Shown here: in pieces, positions 1 through 9,719 of the stretch
Position numbering within the stretch: position 1 is the stretch's first letter
How the letters are laid out: each line of letters begins with the position of its first letter
Origin: Methanotrichaceae archaeon
GTDB lineage: Archaea; Halobacteriota; Methanosarcinia; Methanotrichales; Methanotrichaceae
NCBI GenBank assembly: GCA_963803145.1
Contig: CAWDLW010000009.1
Span: 1-33,850 of the forward strand
Length of the DNA: 33,850 nt
Direction: 5' to 3'
Made by a program: the position numbers and the translations under genes
The notes under the pieces: generated by a model
Seen by the model: only the letters and a program-made list of their open reading frames with translations
What the model was told of the DNA's origin: nothing
The model's database searches: none

Positions 1-2
1 TA

Positions 3-221
3 GGTCTGCCTATAAACAGAACTATGGATATAAGAAATATCACAGTGAACGCAGAGCACAGGAGAAACAGGTACCCCGATGCTGTTGAGAAGGGCATTAT
101 CTCGGCATTCGTCTGGGAGTATGATGGGATCGATTGGAGCCATCTTGGGGAGAACGAGACTCTGCAACCAGGGAAAGCTTACCTCGTCGAAGCAATGAAC
201 GATTGCAGACTTGAGTTCTGA
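3..221 (+). CDS. C-terminal fragment of a protein starting before the window (possibly a surface protein)
   Basis: Frame is open from position 3 (GLPINRTMDIRN...LQPGKAYLVEA...) to TGA at 219-221, so ATG 24 is probably internal. Confidence 0.6.
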   Translation, partial: GLPINRTMDIRNITVNAEHRRNRYPDAVEKGIISAFVWEYDGIDWSHLGENETLQPGKAYLVEAMNDCRLEF

Positions 222-233
222 AGGTAGAAAACC

Positions 234-271
234 TTTTGATTTTACGCGATGATCATCGCGTAAAATCAAAA
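234..271. terminator. 38-bp perfect palindrome between convergent genes, probable bidirectional terminator
   Basis: TTTTGATTTTACGCGATGA|TCATCGCGTAAAATCAAAA, centred at 252/253, with T-tracts on both strands. Confidence 0.55.
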
Positions 272-282
272 AGGCTTTCCGA

Positions 283-1194
283 TTATCTTTTGCGCCTATA
301 GAATTCACGCATTGATTCTCTATGCAGAGATGCCATGACATCCCCGAGGATTCCTATAAGAAACAGTTGGAAGCCTACTATTATCAATATCGCAGTGAGG
401 ATCGTCAGGGGTATATGTTCTATTCTGCCATTGAGCCAATCCCTCACGACATAAAGGCCCGTCAAGAAGCCTGCCATTCCGAAGAGTGAACCTATCAGAC
501 CAAAATAGATCATAGGATTGTGAGTTTTCGCCATGCGATATATCGTGAGAACGATCTTTGGGCCATCTCTTATGGGTCTGAGCTTTGTGTGCGTGCCCTC
601 TGCTCTGGGGAGGTAGGTTATAGGCACCTCGATTATGCGCAAACCCTTCTTAACGCTCTCGATTGTCATCTCCGATTCTATCTCAAAGCCAGGCGTCGAG
701 AGATCAAGCATACGCACGCTATCGGATGTGAATGCCCTGTATCCTGAGAGGATATCTTCGAGCGGTATGCCATATATTGAGACAAAGAAGCGGTTGATTA
801 GCTTATTTCCTACAAGGTTGAGACGCTTAAGGGCGCCGCCACTCAGGCATCCGAACCTGTTGCCTACGACATGATCTGCTCTGCCATTCATGACTGGCTC
901 AAGGAGATTATCGGCCTCAGAGGGAAGATAAGTTCTATCGCCATCGATTAATAAAATATATTTATCCTCGATGAGGTTGAACACCTCTTTGAGCGCTTGG
1001 CCTTTGCCCTTTCCAGATTGGATGATCACGCGAGCGCCAGCCGCCTCAGTCCTGGATACAGTCTCATCAGTACTGTGACCATCAATCACAAGGATGTTCT
1101 CAAAGCCCAGGTCCTTGAACTCCTTTATGACCGACCCTATGGATTCCTCCTCGTTGAGGGTCGGTATCAGAACGCAGACATCTTCATAGCTCAA
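283..1194 (-). CDS. aglJ: GT2 glycosyltransferase, AglJ-like (dolichol-phosphate sugar transferase)
   Basis: IPTLNEEE, VIDGHSTD, GKGQA, DGDRTY, SGYRAF and GFEIESEM motifs plus two C-terminal TM helices. Confidence 0.8.
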   Translation of the reverse strand: MSYEDVCVLIPTLNEEESIGSVIKEFKDLGFENILVIDGHSTDETVSRTEAAGARVIIQSGKGKGQALKEVFNLIEDKYILLIDGDRTYLPSEADNLLEPVMNGRADHVVGNRFGCLSGGALKRLNLVGNKLINRFFVSIYGIPLEDILSGYRAFTSDSVRMLDLSTPGFEIESEMTIESVKKGLRIIEVPITYLPRAEGTHTKLRPIRDGPKIVLTIYRMAKTHNPMIYFGLIGSLFGMAGFLTGLYVVRDWLNGRIEHIPLTILTAILIIVGFQLFLIGILGDVMASLHRESMREFYRRKR

Positions 1195-1257
1195 ACTAGT
1201 TCAGCCCATTTGTTTATAGATGATAAAAGGAGGATGACATTAAAATAGGTTTGCAGA

Positions 1258-2570
1258 TTATGCCTTCATTGCCCCCTTTATAATACGCTCAAAACGATTT
1301 GCGAGCTCCTTAAGATCATCGCCAGTTGTCTCTATGTACAACCTCAGCAATGGCTCTGTATTTGAGGGCCTGATAAGAACACTGTAGATGTCTGTGGTGA
1401 TCTTGAGGCCATCAAGAGTATCCGGGTTCATATCCGCAAGCTGCTCTTTTAGATTGAGCATCACGCCCGCCGGGTCCTCCTTTAGCCTGATGCTCTTCTG
1501 CACATAAGGATAATCTGGTATCTCATCTGCGAGCTCAGAGAGCTTTTTATCTTCTGCGAGTATCTCTCCAATAGCCAGGCTCATTACGAATGGATCGTCA
1601 GAATACTGAAACTCGGGGAGGAAAAAATGACCGCTGCGTTCAACGCCCAGGACAGCGCCTGAGTTCTTTACAGTATTGGCGACGAAGACGTCACCTACAC
1701 GTTCGCGCTTTACTCTTATGCCATCAGGCTCAAGCTGCCGCTCGATGATCATTGAGCAGTCGAATCCGGCGATTACGAGATCACCCGAATGATACCGCCT
1801 TCTGGCGAGAATTATGGCCACCTTCTCCGGCGGGACTATGCGGCCAAGATCATCGATAACTATACCGCGATCAGCATCAGGATCAAAGCCTACGCCGTAA
1901 TTCGCCCTGCTGCTTCTAACTAACTCTGATGCGCGCTTAAGCGATTCCTCTGTCGAGCCGGCCCGCGGCCAGGAAATTTGCCATCCATTTCGCCATTGAG
2001 AACTTGAGAGTCAAAGCCCATGCTATTGTAGAGAGGTCTCATAGTACAGGCCGAGCCGTTGCCCATATCCAGAACAATTTTCAGAGGGCGCTTGATATTC
2101 AGCTTCTCAGAGACATAATCCGAGTATCTGGCAATAGCATCTTCAGATCGCAGTTCAACCAAGTGCCCTTCGCCCGACCTAAAGTTGCCCTCGTTATAGA
2201 ACTTCATCATCTCTGTCTCTTTATAGAGCATGCCGTAGCCATCGCCAGTCCTGAACCTGACTCCATTGTACTCCGGGGGATTATGAGAGGCAGAGATATA
2301 GGCCGCTGCCTTGAGCGATCTCGCACAGGTGACATAACTTAGAACGGCAATTGGGATTATCCCGTAACTGTAGACTTCACAGCCTGTACTAAGAGCGCCC
2401 TCCAAAAATGCCTTCTCAAGAGATGGGCTGCTATTCCGTGTATCCCTTCCAAGCGATATGGGACTACCATCTGCATAAGAACCAAAGGATGCGCCTACTC
2501 GCCTGACTAAATCTTCAGTGATCTCCGTGCCATAGATACCTCTAATATCGTAAGCCTTGAATGCCGTCAC
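1258..2570 (-). pseudogene. Phosphomannomutase/phosphoglucomutase split by a 1-nt deletion near 1955 (pseudogene or sequencing error)
   Basis: The N-part has FKAYDIRG and SASHNPPEYNG. After FPGRGPA the protein continues in another frame as TEESLKRASELVRSSRANYGVGFDPDADRG (metal loop) and runs into ORF 1258..1821 (GVERSGH, IRPSNTEP). Confidence 0.85.
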
Positions 2571-2656
2571 AGTATGCGAATAAGATTTTCACATTTAAAA
2601 TTGTTCCTGTAGGCGAATGGAGAGCACGTGTTTGAGTATATAATAATAAGACCGGC

Positions 2657-2683
2657 TTTATGCTACTGATTTATGCTACTGAT
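2657..2683. repeat. 13-bp tandem duplication TTTATGCTACTGA x2
   Basis: Seen directly in the albA-PMM intergenic region. Confidence 0.6.
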
Positions 2684-2745
2684 GTTACAGAAACAAAGAA
2701 AAGATATTATGGCTTCAGTAGGAAGCGATACAAAGCGAGGCGGGA

Positions 2746-3021
2746 TCACTGCTTCATCAGCACAATCTCCATTGAGGATACGTTGATGTTCCTGCCCTGA
2801 TCATCCGGAATGCTCTCGGTCCCTATAGTTATCCCTTGTATCATCAGGTTGGGCATGAATCTGTTTCTGGTGATCTCTGCCGTATCTACGGCGCGTGAGA
2901 TGGACCTGCCCCTTGCCTTCAAAGTAACTGTGCCCACTGTTTTATTGAACTGAGTTAGAACCGCTAGCACGTAATTCATGACAGGCTTATCGCCTATAAA
3001 GACCACCGCATTATCTTCCAT
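2746..3021 (-). CDS. albA: DNA/RNA-binding protein Alba
   Basis: VFIGDKPVMNYVLAV, LKARGRSISRAVD and VSSMEIVL motifs; ATG 3021 preferred over the TTG at 3033. Confidence 0.95.
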   Translation of the reverse strand: MEDNAVVFIGDKPVMNYVLAVLTQFNKTVGTVTLKARGRSISRAVDTAEITRNRFMPNLMIQGITIGTESIPDDQGRNINVSSMEIVLMKQ

Positions 3022-3059
3022 ACCGTCACCCAATCACTTTAGTTTTCTTTAATAGGTTA

Positions 3060-3830
3060 TTAATCCTTTCTATCAAGGATATTTGCAAAGGCGAAGTTCT
3101 GCTTTACAGCACTTATCTTTATACGAAGTTTTTCACCTAGCTTAGCGCTCTTGACAATCACGGCAAAGCCATCAACTATTGCTATTCCATCGCCTGATTT
3201 TCCAACAGATTCTATCTGAACATCGCGAACATCGCCTATGCGTACTGGCGCAGACAGAAGCTTCTTGGCGATAATATATATCTCAGCGCTCTCTTTTCTG
3301 GATGCAAGCGGCGAGTGTGCCTGTACGCGAGAGAATTCATGCCTGACGTCCCTGAGATAATCATTGAACATATCGCCCTGAAAAACCTTTACCAGGAAGC
3401 TGCCTCCCGGTTTCAGGAGTTTTTTCGCAATCATTAGAGCAGATCTTGCCAGATCTATGGATCGGGCATGATCTACGTCCCAAGTGCCTGATAAATTGGG
3501 AGCTGCATCGCAGATTACCACATCTGCGCTGCCGCCGATAGCATCTTTTGTCAGATTAACGGTTGATTCTTCAGTTATGTCCGCCTTGAAGGTGATCACG
3601 CCGGGAATTGGCTCTATCTTCACCAGATCAACTCCCACAATCTTCCCGCCTGATAGCTGCTGGGCAACCTGCAGCCAGCCGCCGGGAGCCGCGCCAAGAT
3701 CGACGACAGAGTCTCCCTTTTTGATTAGATGGAACCTTTGGTTTATTTGCAGCAGCTTATAAGCAGAGCGTGCGCGGTAGCCCTCTTCCTTTGCCTTCCA
3801 GTAGTAATGATCTCTCTGATCTCTGGCCAT
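3060..3830 (-). CDS. rlmE: 23S rRNA 2'-O-methyltransferase RlmE/FtsJ with C-terminal TRAM domain
   Basis: YRARSAYKL, DLGAAPGGW, CDAAPNLSG, KVFQG and SRKESAEIY motifs; TRAM signature VGKSGDGIA. Confidence 0.95.
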   Translation of the reverse strand: MARDQRDHYYWKAKEEGYRARSAYKLLQINQRFHLIKKGDSVVDLGAAPGGWLQVAQQLSGGKIVGVDLVKIEPIPGVITFKADITEESTVNLTKDAIGGSADVVICDAAPNLSGTWDVDHARSIDLARSALMIAKKLLKPGGSFLVKVFQGDMFNDYLRDVRHEFSRVQAHSPLASRKESAEIYIIAKKLLSAPVRIGDVRDVQIESVGKSGDGIAIVDGFAVIVKSAKLGEKLRIKISAVKQNFAFANILDRKD

Positions 3831-3938
3831 CCTTTATAGCAGGGCATATAAGGAATATAGCTTTGGCCCCGGCGAAGGCATTGTGACTTTCTCCCCGGCA
3901 TTTAGGCCGGGGTTTTCTTGGCCCATACACCCCATATC

Positions 3939-3946
3939 TATAAATA
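3939..3946 (+). promoter_or_regulatory. TATA box for rnpB
   Basis: TATAAATA about 25 nt upstream of the RNase P RNA 5' end. Confidence 0.55.
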
Positions 3947-3969
3947 TCGTGAAACAAAGTAGCAGCAGA

Positions 3970-4273
3970 CGAGAGAGGAAGGGCGGCCGCCGCTGGCCTT
4001 TTGAGGTCGGTGTGGAAAGTCCCCCCACCTCTGGACGCACAGACATCCCAACGGATGTGGGGCGAGAGCTCCGGCTCTGGCACAGAAACGATACCGCTCG
4101 ACGCTAATGCGATGATGCTGCAAGGCTGAGGTCACGTCGAAAGCGGATGAAACGGCGAAACCCTGTGGGTGCAAGCCAAAATAGAGCAAAATAGTTTGGT
4201 TGTCCAGCCAAGCTCGGGTATGGCGCTAAGCTAAATGCCGCCGAAACAGAAGGGGGCTTACTCTCCTCACTCG
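3970..4273 (+). ncRNA. rnpB: Archaeal RNase P RNA
   Basis: Conserved GGAAAGTCCCCCCAC, ACAGAAACG, TGAAACGGC, GTGCAAG and AACAGAAGGGGGCTTA; termini CGAGAGAGGA and TCCTCACTCG pair (P1). Confidence 0.93.
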
Positions 4274-4362
4274 TTTAATATTGCTGATTTGTATATAATT
4301 ATAGATGGATATCCTCTTCAAATTAAGAAATTGTTCATTTTGTCCTCATCAACTATATCGCC

Positions 4363-4399
4363 TATGTTTCCAGAAACTTTCCCCGAAGAGGGGTGAGGG
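4363..4399 (-). repeat. Partial copy (terminal segment) of the GC-rich interspersed repeat
   Basis: TATGTTTCCAGAAACTTTCCCCGAAGAGGGG is an imperfect inverted repeat of 4587..4617. Confidence 0.6.
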
Positions 4400-4504
4400 T
4401 GTTATTTTTTCAAGCCGCTATCCGCAGGCGGAATCCGTAAGTGATGTAATTGCTGTTAGCCTGAGGAACTCATTGCAGCAGTATGCAAAAACAAACTGCT
4501 AACT

Positions 4505-4615
4505 TTCTGGGGTGCCGCGCGTCTGTGGATCTCGCGCGCTAATGGTTAACGGGGCGCGCTCAGTCGCCGCGCAGGCTGCCCCTGGCCCCTCTTCGGGGGA
4601 ATGTTTTGGAAAACG
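4505..4615 (+). repeat. GC-rich multi-hairpin interspersed repeat, copy 1
   Basis: Core CTAATGGTT...GCGCGCTCAGTCGCCGCGCAGGCTGCCCCT..CCCCTC..GGGGGAA..TTTTGGAAA is shared with 16905..16995, 26176..26270 and 32257..32333. Confidence 0.8.
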
Positions 4616-4691
4616 TATGAAATAAGGTTGAAGAGCATACGATGATTTGAGATTATGCTCGCTATTTTCAACGTTATAGCATACCGGGCCA

Positions 4692-5261
4692 TTATTTCTC
4701 GTTCTCATGAAGCGCTGCCCTGGCAACCAATCGAGCCACGCGCACAGGCTCGGGAATTCTGCCATCAAAGGTGAACTTATTGATCAGAACCCTGGCATCT
4801 TCAGAACGGATGCCGAGAGTTCGCACATAGACCTCGTAGCCAGTCTTTAGCATTATTTGCTGGCGAGACCCCAGTCGTTCGTAGCTTCTGAGCTTCTCAT
4901 TCATATCAGGGAAATACTCCCGGATATATTTCTCAAGACCTGGTGACTCCTCATATGTCAGGCAGATCACAGGCTTCTCTGTTCTTTCGAAGACCTCCTG
5001 AAGGTCTATGATGTTGAACCAGCTTATCACAGCGCCACTCAAGAGGATTGCATTCACGTCTGCGCGATCAAGTTCCTCATATATATTTAGAACAGCGCGA
5101 GTAGCATCATCGCCACCAACTGTTGCGCTTGCTAGAGCTAATCCATCGATTCTGAGGTCGGCCCGCATGACCACGCCGGCCAAACGAGATACAGGCATCG
5201 CACGCACAAAGCTCTCTGCTATGCCGAGCACACGCAAAGCGGGCTTGTTGAGATGAAGCAT
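4692..5261 (-). CDS. DUF99/UPF0215 endonuclease V-like protein
   Basis: RVLGIAESF, TVGGDDAT, GAVISWFNIID and RIPEPVRVARLVA motifs. Confidence 0.85.
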   Translation of the reverse strand: MLHLNKPALRVLGIAESFVRAMPVSRLAGVVMRADLRIDGLALASATVGGDDATRAVLNIYEELDRADVNAILLSGAVISWFNIIDLQEVFERTEKPVICLTYEESPGLEKYIREYFPDMNEKLRSYERLGSRQQIMLKTGYEVYVRTLGIRSEDARVLINKFTFDGRIPEPVRVARLVARAALHENEK

Positions 5262-5748
5262 TTGAGAATATCATTGCTATTATGGGAAAAATAATTTTTG
5301 ACGCCTACAGCGGGCTCTAACATTGATCTAAATCAGGTAGTCTACCTATGTTGCGTTGATGAATACAGAAATCATTGTATTTTGCGGCTTCGCTTGAAAA
5401 TGAGAATGGTCGCGCGAAGCCGCGAAGGACGCGAAGGGATTCATCAACTCAATTATGGTAGACTACCCGTCTTCAAGCTCTAATCTTTTCTCAGGATAAC
5501 TGTCATAGAACTATTTCCCAATTGCACTTATTCAGCCTGGCAGTTGGATGTAGCAAAATATACAACTTGCAAAAATAGCTCAAAATCGAGCTAGCACGTA
5601 TTCAAATTGACCGTTCATTCCATAAACTATAAGCATGGACGAACTATCACACCTGATATCGGTCAATGTGGCTACGGAATAACGAAAATTACAAAGTAAA
5701 ATCTGATGCGCCGACCTATGCCTTTGCAATCAGAGAAAGTATTTATAA

Positions 5749-7282
5749 CCTTAACTCCGCAATTTAGGGAATAACTATTTTTTCCTTAAATTATTGGAAG
5801 GTAACGATTTTTAGGCGTTTCTTATAAATAATAGTTATCCCCTAATACTGTATACATGGAAGATTGGGTAAAGCAGTGGTTAAAGGATGAACGAAGTAAA
5901 GGCATAAAAGGATTAGAGATTAAGTATATTAATAGTAATTATTATGTATATTCTTCAACAACGTTTTGGGATAAAAAGCTTAAGAAAAGGCGAAAAAAGT
6001 CGAATTATTTAGGAAAGCTTGATCCCATAAAAGGATTAGTTGAAGCCACGAAAAGATCGTTGAGTTGTAAGAGAATTACATCTATAAAAGAATATGGCAA
6101 CTCTGTACTTCTTGATTTTTTAGCTTATGATCTAAGAGTCCTCCTTGAGCGATCATTTAAAGATGTATGGAAGGAAGTATATGCTTTAGCTTTGGTACGT
6201 ACTATTGGTTACACTCCACTTAAGAGAGTTCAATCACTATGGGAAAAACTATATGATATTCATAACTTAAATCCCAATTTAGATCCTAAGAATTTGAGCA
6301 GGATTCTAAAGGTCGTTGGTTTAAACCGGCAATCTCAGAATGAGGTATTTAGATCTTTATCCAAAAGTGATAAAGATCTGATTTATGATTTAAGCGTGAT
6401 ATTGACTAATTCATCCTTAAATTTCGCAGAATACGGATATAATAAGGACAAAATCTACATTCCGCAAGTCAACTTGGCATTATTTTGCTCGATTGATACA
6501 GGTTTGCCAACTATGATAAGGTTGATTCCCGGCAGTGTCCGTGATATTAAGAGTCTTTATAACAGTTTGTTGGAAATTGATACAACCGACAAAACGTTAG
6601 TTATTGATAGAGGATTCTTTTCAAGTGATGTAATTGGATTTTTGCTAGAGAAGAAGATGAATTTTGTACTGCCAGCAAGACGTTCAAGCGATTATTATAA
6701 AGTTGACATAAAACTGGTTGGACATTTCTTTTATCACGAACGCCTAATAAAATACGGGAGAACAGAAGTCGAGAGCCTATTTATTTACCTATTTGAAGAT
6801 CAGGACTTATCATTAGAGGAAACTAAGACAATTTATAGATTGATAGACAAAAATAAAAAGGACCCTCAAAAGCTAAAACAAAATTTAGAGAAGGCAGGCA
6901 AGATTATTATTTTATCTAATTTAGATCGAGATGATGAAGAAATATTTCAGTTGTATAAAAGTAGAGATCGAATTGAAAAATTATTCGATTCCTACAAAAA
7001 TATCTTAGAAGCAGATAGATTGTATCTCCAGGATAATGATACCGTATTTGGTCACATCTTTGTATCTTTTTTATCACTATTTGCTTACTCGAAATTGGAG
7101 ATTATGCTTAAAAAGGCTGAAATCCTTGATAGATATTCACCCAAGGATTTACTTCTTGAATTCAGTAAGATATATATGGTAAAAATAGATACCGGTAATA
7201 TTATATCCGATATACCTAAGGAAATAGAAAGGCTTGAAGAATCACTTAAACTAGACTTATTCCCTAAAAATCGGAGTTAAGG
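5749..7282 (+). mobile_element. IS1634-family insertion sequence
   Basis: 26-bp TIRs, 23/26 identical: CCTTAACTCCGCAATTTAGGGAATAA (5749..5774) and the complement of 7257..7282. Low GC; no target-site duplication evident. Confidence 0.85.
5856..7280 (+). CDS. IS1634-family DDE transposase
   Basis: LIYDLS, YGYNKD, QVNLAL, VIDRGFFS and YKSRDRIEKLF motifs. Confidence 0.9.
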   Translation: MEDWVKQWLKDERSKGIKGLEIKYINSNYYVYSSTTFWDKKLKKRRKKSNYLGKLDPIKGLVEATKRSLSCKRITSIKEYGNSVLLDFLAYDLRVLLERSFKDVWKEVYALALVRTIGYTPLKRVQSLWEKLYDIHNLNPNLDPKNLSRILKVVGLNRQSQNEVFRSLSKSDKDLIYDLSVILTNSSLNFAEYGYNKDKIYIPQVNLALFCSIDTGLPTMIRLIPGSVRDIKSLYNSLLEIDTTDKTLVIDRGFFSSDVIGFLLEKKMNFVLPARRSSDYYKVDIKLVGHFFYHERLIKYGRTEVESLFIYLFEDQDLSLEETKTIYRLIDKNKKDPQKLKQNLEKAGKIIILSNLDRDDEEIFQLYKSRDRIEKLFDSYKNILEADRLYLQDNDTVFGHIFVSFLSLFAYSKLEIMLKKAEILDRYSPKDLLLEFSKIYMVKIDTGNIISDIPKEIERLEESLKLDLFPKNRS

Positions 7283-7476
7283 TTCAATTTATAGATTTAT
7301 CTCTTTCGATTATTGTAACCGCTCTCTGGATAGACCATGTTAGCCGAAAGCATCTACAGCATCTGTTACTAAAAATAGGTGTTCTATCATTCTTATTTGG
7401 GGTTAGAATTCGAATACACGTAAATTATTTATTGGATATTCTAAATCTTAAGTCCTATGTTTATTGGAGGGGATGA

Positions 7477-7629
7477 ATGAAAAGAAGTTATTGCCCATCT
7501 TGCGGAAGATGCTATATCGTGTCTGCTGACAATCGCTGTACTGAATGTAATAGAAAGTTAGTGCCATATGAAAGGCAAAGGAATCCTGGAAAAACATTTG
7601 AACAGAATGGGCGTGTCTTCGCAATATAG
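7477..7629 (+). CDS. 50-aa CPxCG zinc-finger microprotein (not in ORF track)
   Basis: MKRSYCPSCGRCYIVSADNRCTECNRKLVPYERQRNPGKTFEQNGRVFAI*, with GGAGGGG just upstream. Confidence 0.65.
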   Translation: MKRSYCPSCGRCYIVSADNRCTECNRKLVPYERQRNPGKTFEQNGRVFAI

Positions 7630-7748
7630 ATCCTATAGCCCTGCCCGGTCGTTTGATATATTCAAACCAATCAACTTAAGGTTCTTAACCATTGGTTGAA
7701 GATAATACAATAAATCCTGAAAAATTAGAACAGGTCTTATGAAAGATA

Positions 7749-8231
7749 TTAAGATCTTAACGCGCCTAGGAAAGGCTTGATTGCTTCACCGGCTGAGAGC
7801 ACTGCAGCTACTTTAATCTGTGATGTTATGGTCTTGCAATCTACTCTTATCTGACCGGATTTCTCGGCCTCCTTATAGGCTTCTATAGGATCACTAGCAG
7901 CAAGAACATTATTTATTGCATCTTCGGTGGCATATACAGCTATTGTCGGATTTTGAAGACCACCATATGCAGACCTGACTATCACAGCATTCTCCATCTC
8001 CATACCCCACCTCAGACTGTTCCCGTTTTTCAGAGCTATGGTTAAGTCTACATTTTCATTTCCCACCAGATTTCTTATAATAGGCGAAGCGTACTCGATT
8101 TTACTGTTATAAAGGTTCACGTATTTTGGCATGCTGTTGAAATCCATTGCGCATGTGACAGATGCAAGAAGAAAAAGCGATATAACCACAGAGAGTATTG
8201 GTCTCATAAGGGTTGGTAAGCCGGCTCTCAA
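7749..8231 (-). CDS. Hypothetical secreted protein
   Basis: 160-aa ORF with a signal-peptide-like N-terminus (ILSVVISLFLLASVTCA). Confidence 0.7.
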   Translation of the reverse strand: MRAGLPTLMRPILSVVISLFLLASVTCAMDFNSMPKYVNLYNSKIEYASPIIRNLVGNENVDLTIALKNGNSLRWGMEMENAVIVRSAYGGLQNPTIAVYATEDAINNVLAASDPIEAYKEAEKSGQIRVDCKTITSQIKVAAVLSAGEAIKPFLGALRS

Positions 8232-8304
8232 ATATATCTTTTCCCTGCACTGTTTTGATTGCTTAGAGATTGATAAATAGCCCAGCTAGATTATAACCCT
8301 GAAT

Positions 8305-8376
8305 ATGTATTATTACTGCGAAGGGGTGTAATCCGCGATGAGCGGATTGTAGGAGGGCTATCCCTTCGCAATACAT
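8305..8376. repeat. Nested hairpin element
   Basis: TGCGAAGGG...CCCTTCGCA encloses AATCCGC-GATGA-GCGGATT; outer ATGTATT/AATACAT pair. Confidence 0.5.
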
Positions 8377-8622
8377 CAATCATAACAATAAGGATATCTA
8401 CTTTTTGCTATAAGTAGAAAAGAGCATTGCTGAAATCAGGAGTCTTTCTATTTCATCTTCTCTACGCTTCGCGAGGATAAGACTGGTAGATACTAGTAAA
8501 TTTCACAGAATCTCAGGTTAGATAAGCATGCCAGCTTTTGGGATGGGTTCCATTATCACTTAATTTTTTAGCAGTATTCCTAAGAGCTTAGGAAAACTAA
8601 GAGGAATAAATGGGACTTATTC

Positions 8623-8763
8623 CTACCAAGGCCGCTCCCAGGGTTCCTTGTAACCCCAATCAAGGCCATAGTTGGCGATCATTTGCATTTCCCATTGCCA
8701 AATCGAGATCTGCATTGCGGCTGCCTTCAGGATATCCAGAACAACGGCTGTAAATTTACCCAT
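8623..8763 (-). CDS. Possible 46-aa Trp-rich small protein
   Basis: MGKFTAVVLDILKAAAMQISIWQWEMQMIANYGLDWGYKEPWERPW*, read manually; no homology evidence. Confidence 0.3.
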   Translation of the reverse strand: MGKFTAVVLDILKAAAMQISIWQWEMQMIANYGLDWGYKEPWERPW

Positions 8764-9122
8764 ATGCTATATAGTAATAATACTAGTAGAAAAAGATTAT
8801 CTCTGATCAAAGAGTCAGCCAAGATTCCATTGATTTTACAATCAACGTATAAATACCCCAATATATCTTTCATCGCTAGAGCTTCTATATCTCAGAAATA
8901 GACCGGCCCGCTAATCCGGAGATAGATGGTCGGCTAACAAACATCCATACTCCTAAGATGCTATACATTTTATACAAATTTTCAAGATTCATATTCTTTG
9001 CAGATTTCCTTTATCTAATATTCCGAGTGCAATTCCATAGGATTAAAGAGCAGGTAAGATTGAATAGGACATGGGATTATCGATGTTGACCATGAATCCT
9101 GGATATATCAGTAAGCCCAAAA

Positions 9123-9719
9123 ATGGTGGTCCAAGAAACCCGATGGAGGCATAAGTTGAAAATCGCCGTGGATATTGATGGCGTTCTGGCTGATCAAGTT
9201 GGAGCAGCCTTGAAGAAAATCGAAGAAAAATATGGACTAAGATACTCCAAAAACGATGTCAACTGCGCCCATTGGATATTTGGGGGAAGAGACATATGGT
9301 CAGAGATATCCGAGCTTTTGACCAATCCTGAATATGTGATGGGATTATCAGTGATTGAAGGTTCGCAAATCGCACTAAGACAGCTCGCTAATCATTGTGT
9401 ATGTGTTGTTACGGCCAGACGACCTGAAACGGAAAAGGCTACAAAACAATGGCTGAACGCATATTTCCCATACCTAAAAGAGTACTATCACGCAAGAACA
9501 GGCACTAAGCATGCAATACCCTCAGATGTGCTGATCGATGACTTTGATTTAAATATAGTGGAATTTGTTAAGAGCGACCCTAATCGACATGGGATTTTAT
9601 TTGTGCAGCCATGGAGCATAAATGGCGCTGAGATCGAAAAGTATGCCGACAGAATATATTATTGCCATAAATGGCAAAGTGTAGTTGAGGCTGTGGGCGA
9701 AATAGACGGCGCCACTTAA
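9123..9719 (+). CDS. HAD-superfamily 5'(3')-deoxyribonucleotidase (NT5C-like)
   Basis: IAVDIDGVLAD, VVTAR and DVLIDD motifs; the true start may be the TTG near 9156. Confidence 0.8.
   Translation: MVVQETRWRHKLKIAVDIDGVLADQVGAALKKIEEKYGLRYSKNDVNCAHWIFGGRDIWSEISELLTNPEYVMGLSVIEGSQIALRQLANHCVCVVTARRPETEKATKQWLNAYFPYLKEYYHARTGTKHAIPSDVLIDDFDLNIVEFVKSDPNRHGILFVQPWSINGAEIEKYADRIYYCHKWQSVVEAVGEIDGAT

Noticed and set aside
3757-4189. Short ORFs overlapping rnpB
   Set aside because: Explained by the GC-rich RNase P RNA; no protein motifs.
4499-4768. 89-aa ORF (also 16778..17041)
   Set aside because: These run through the GC-rich repeat copies, which lack stops by composition.
5413-5436. CGCGAAG x3 short repeat
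   Set aside because: Too short to assign a function; no associated gene.
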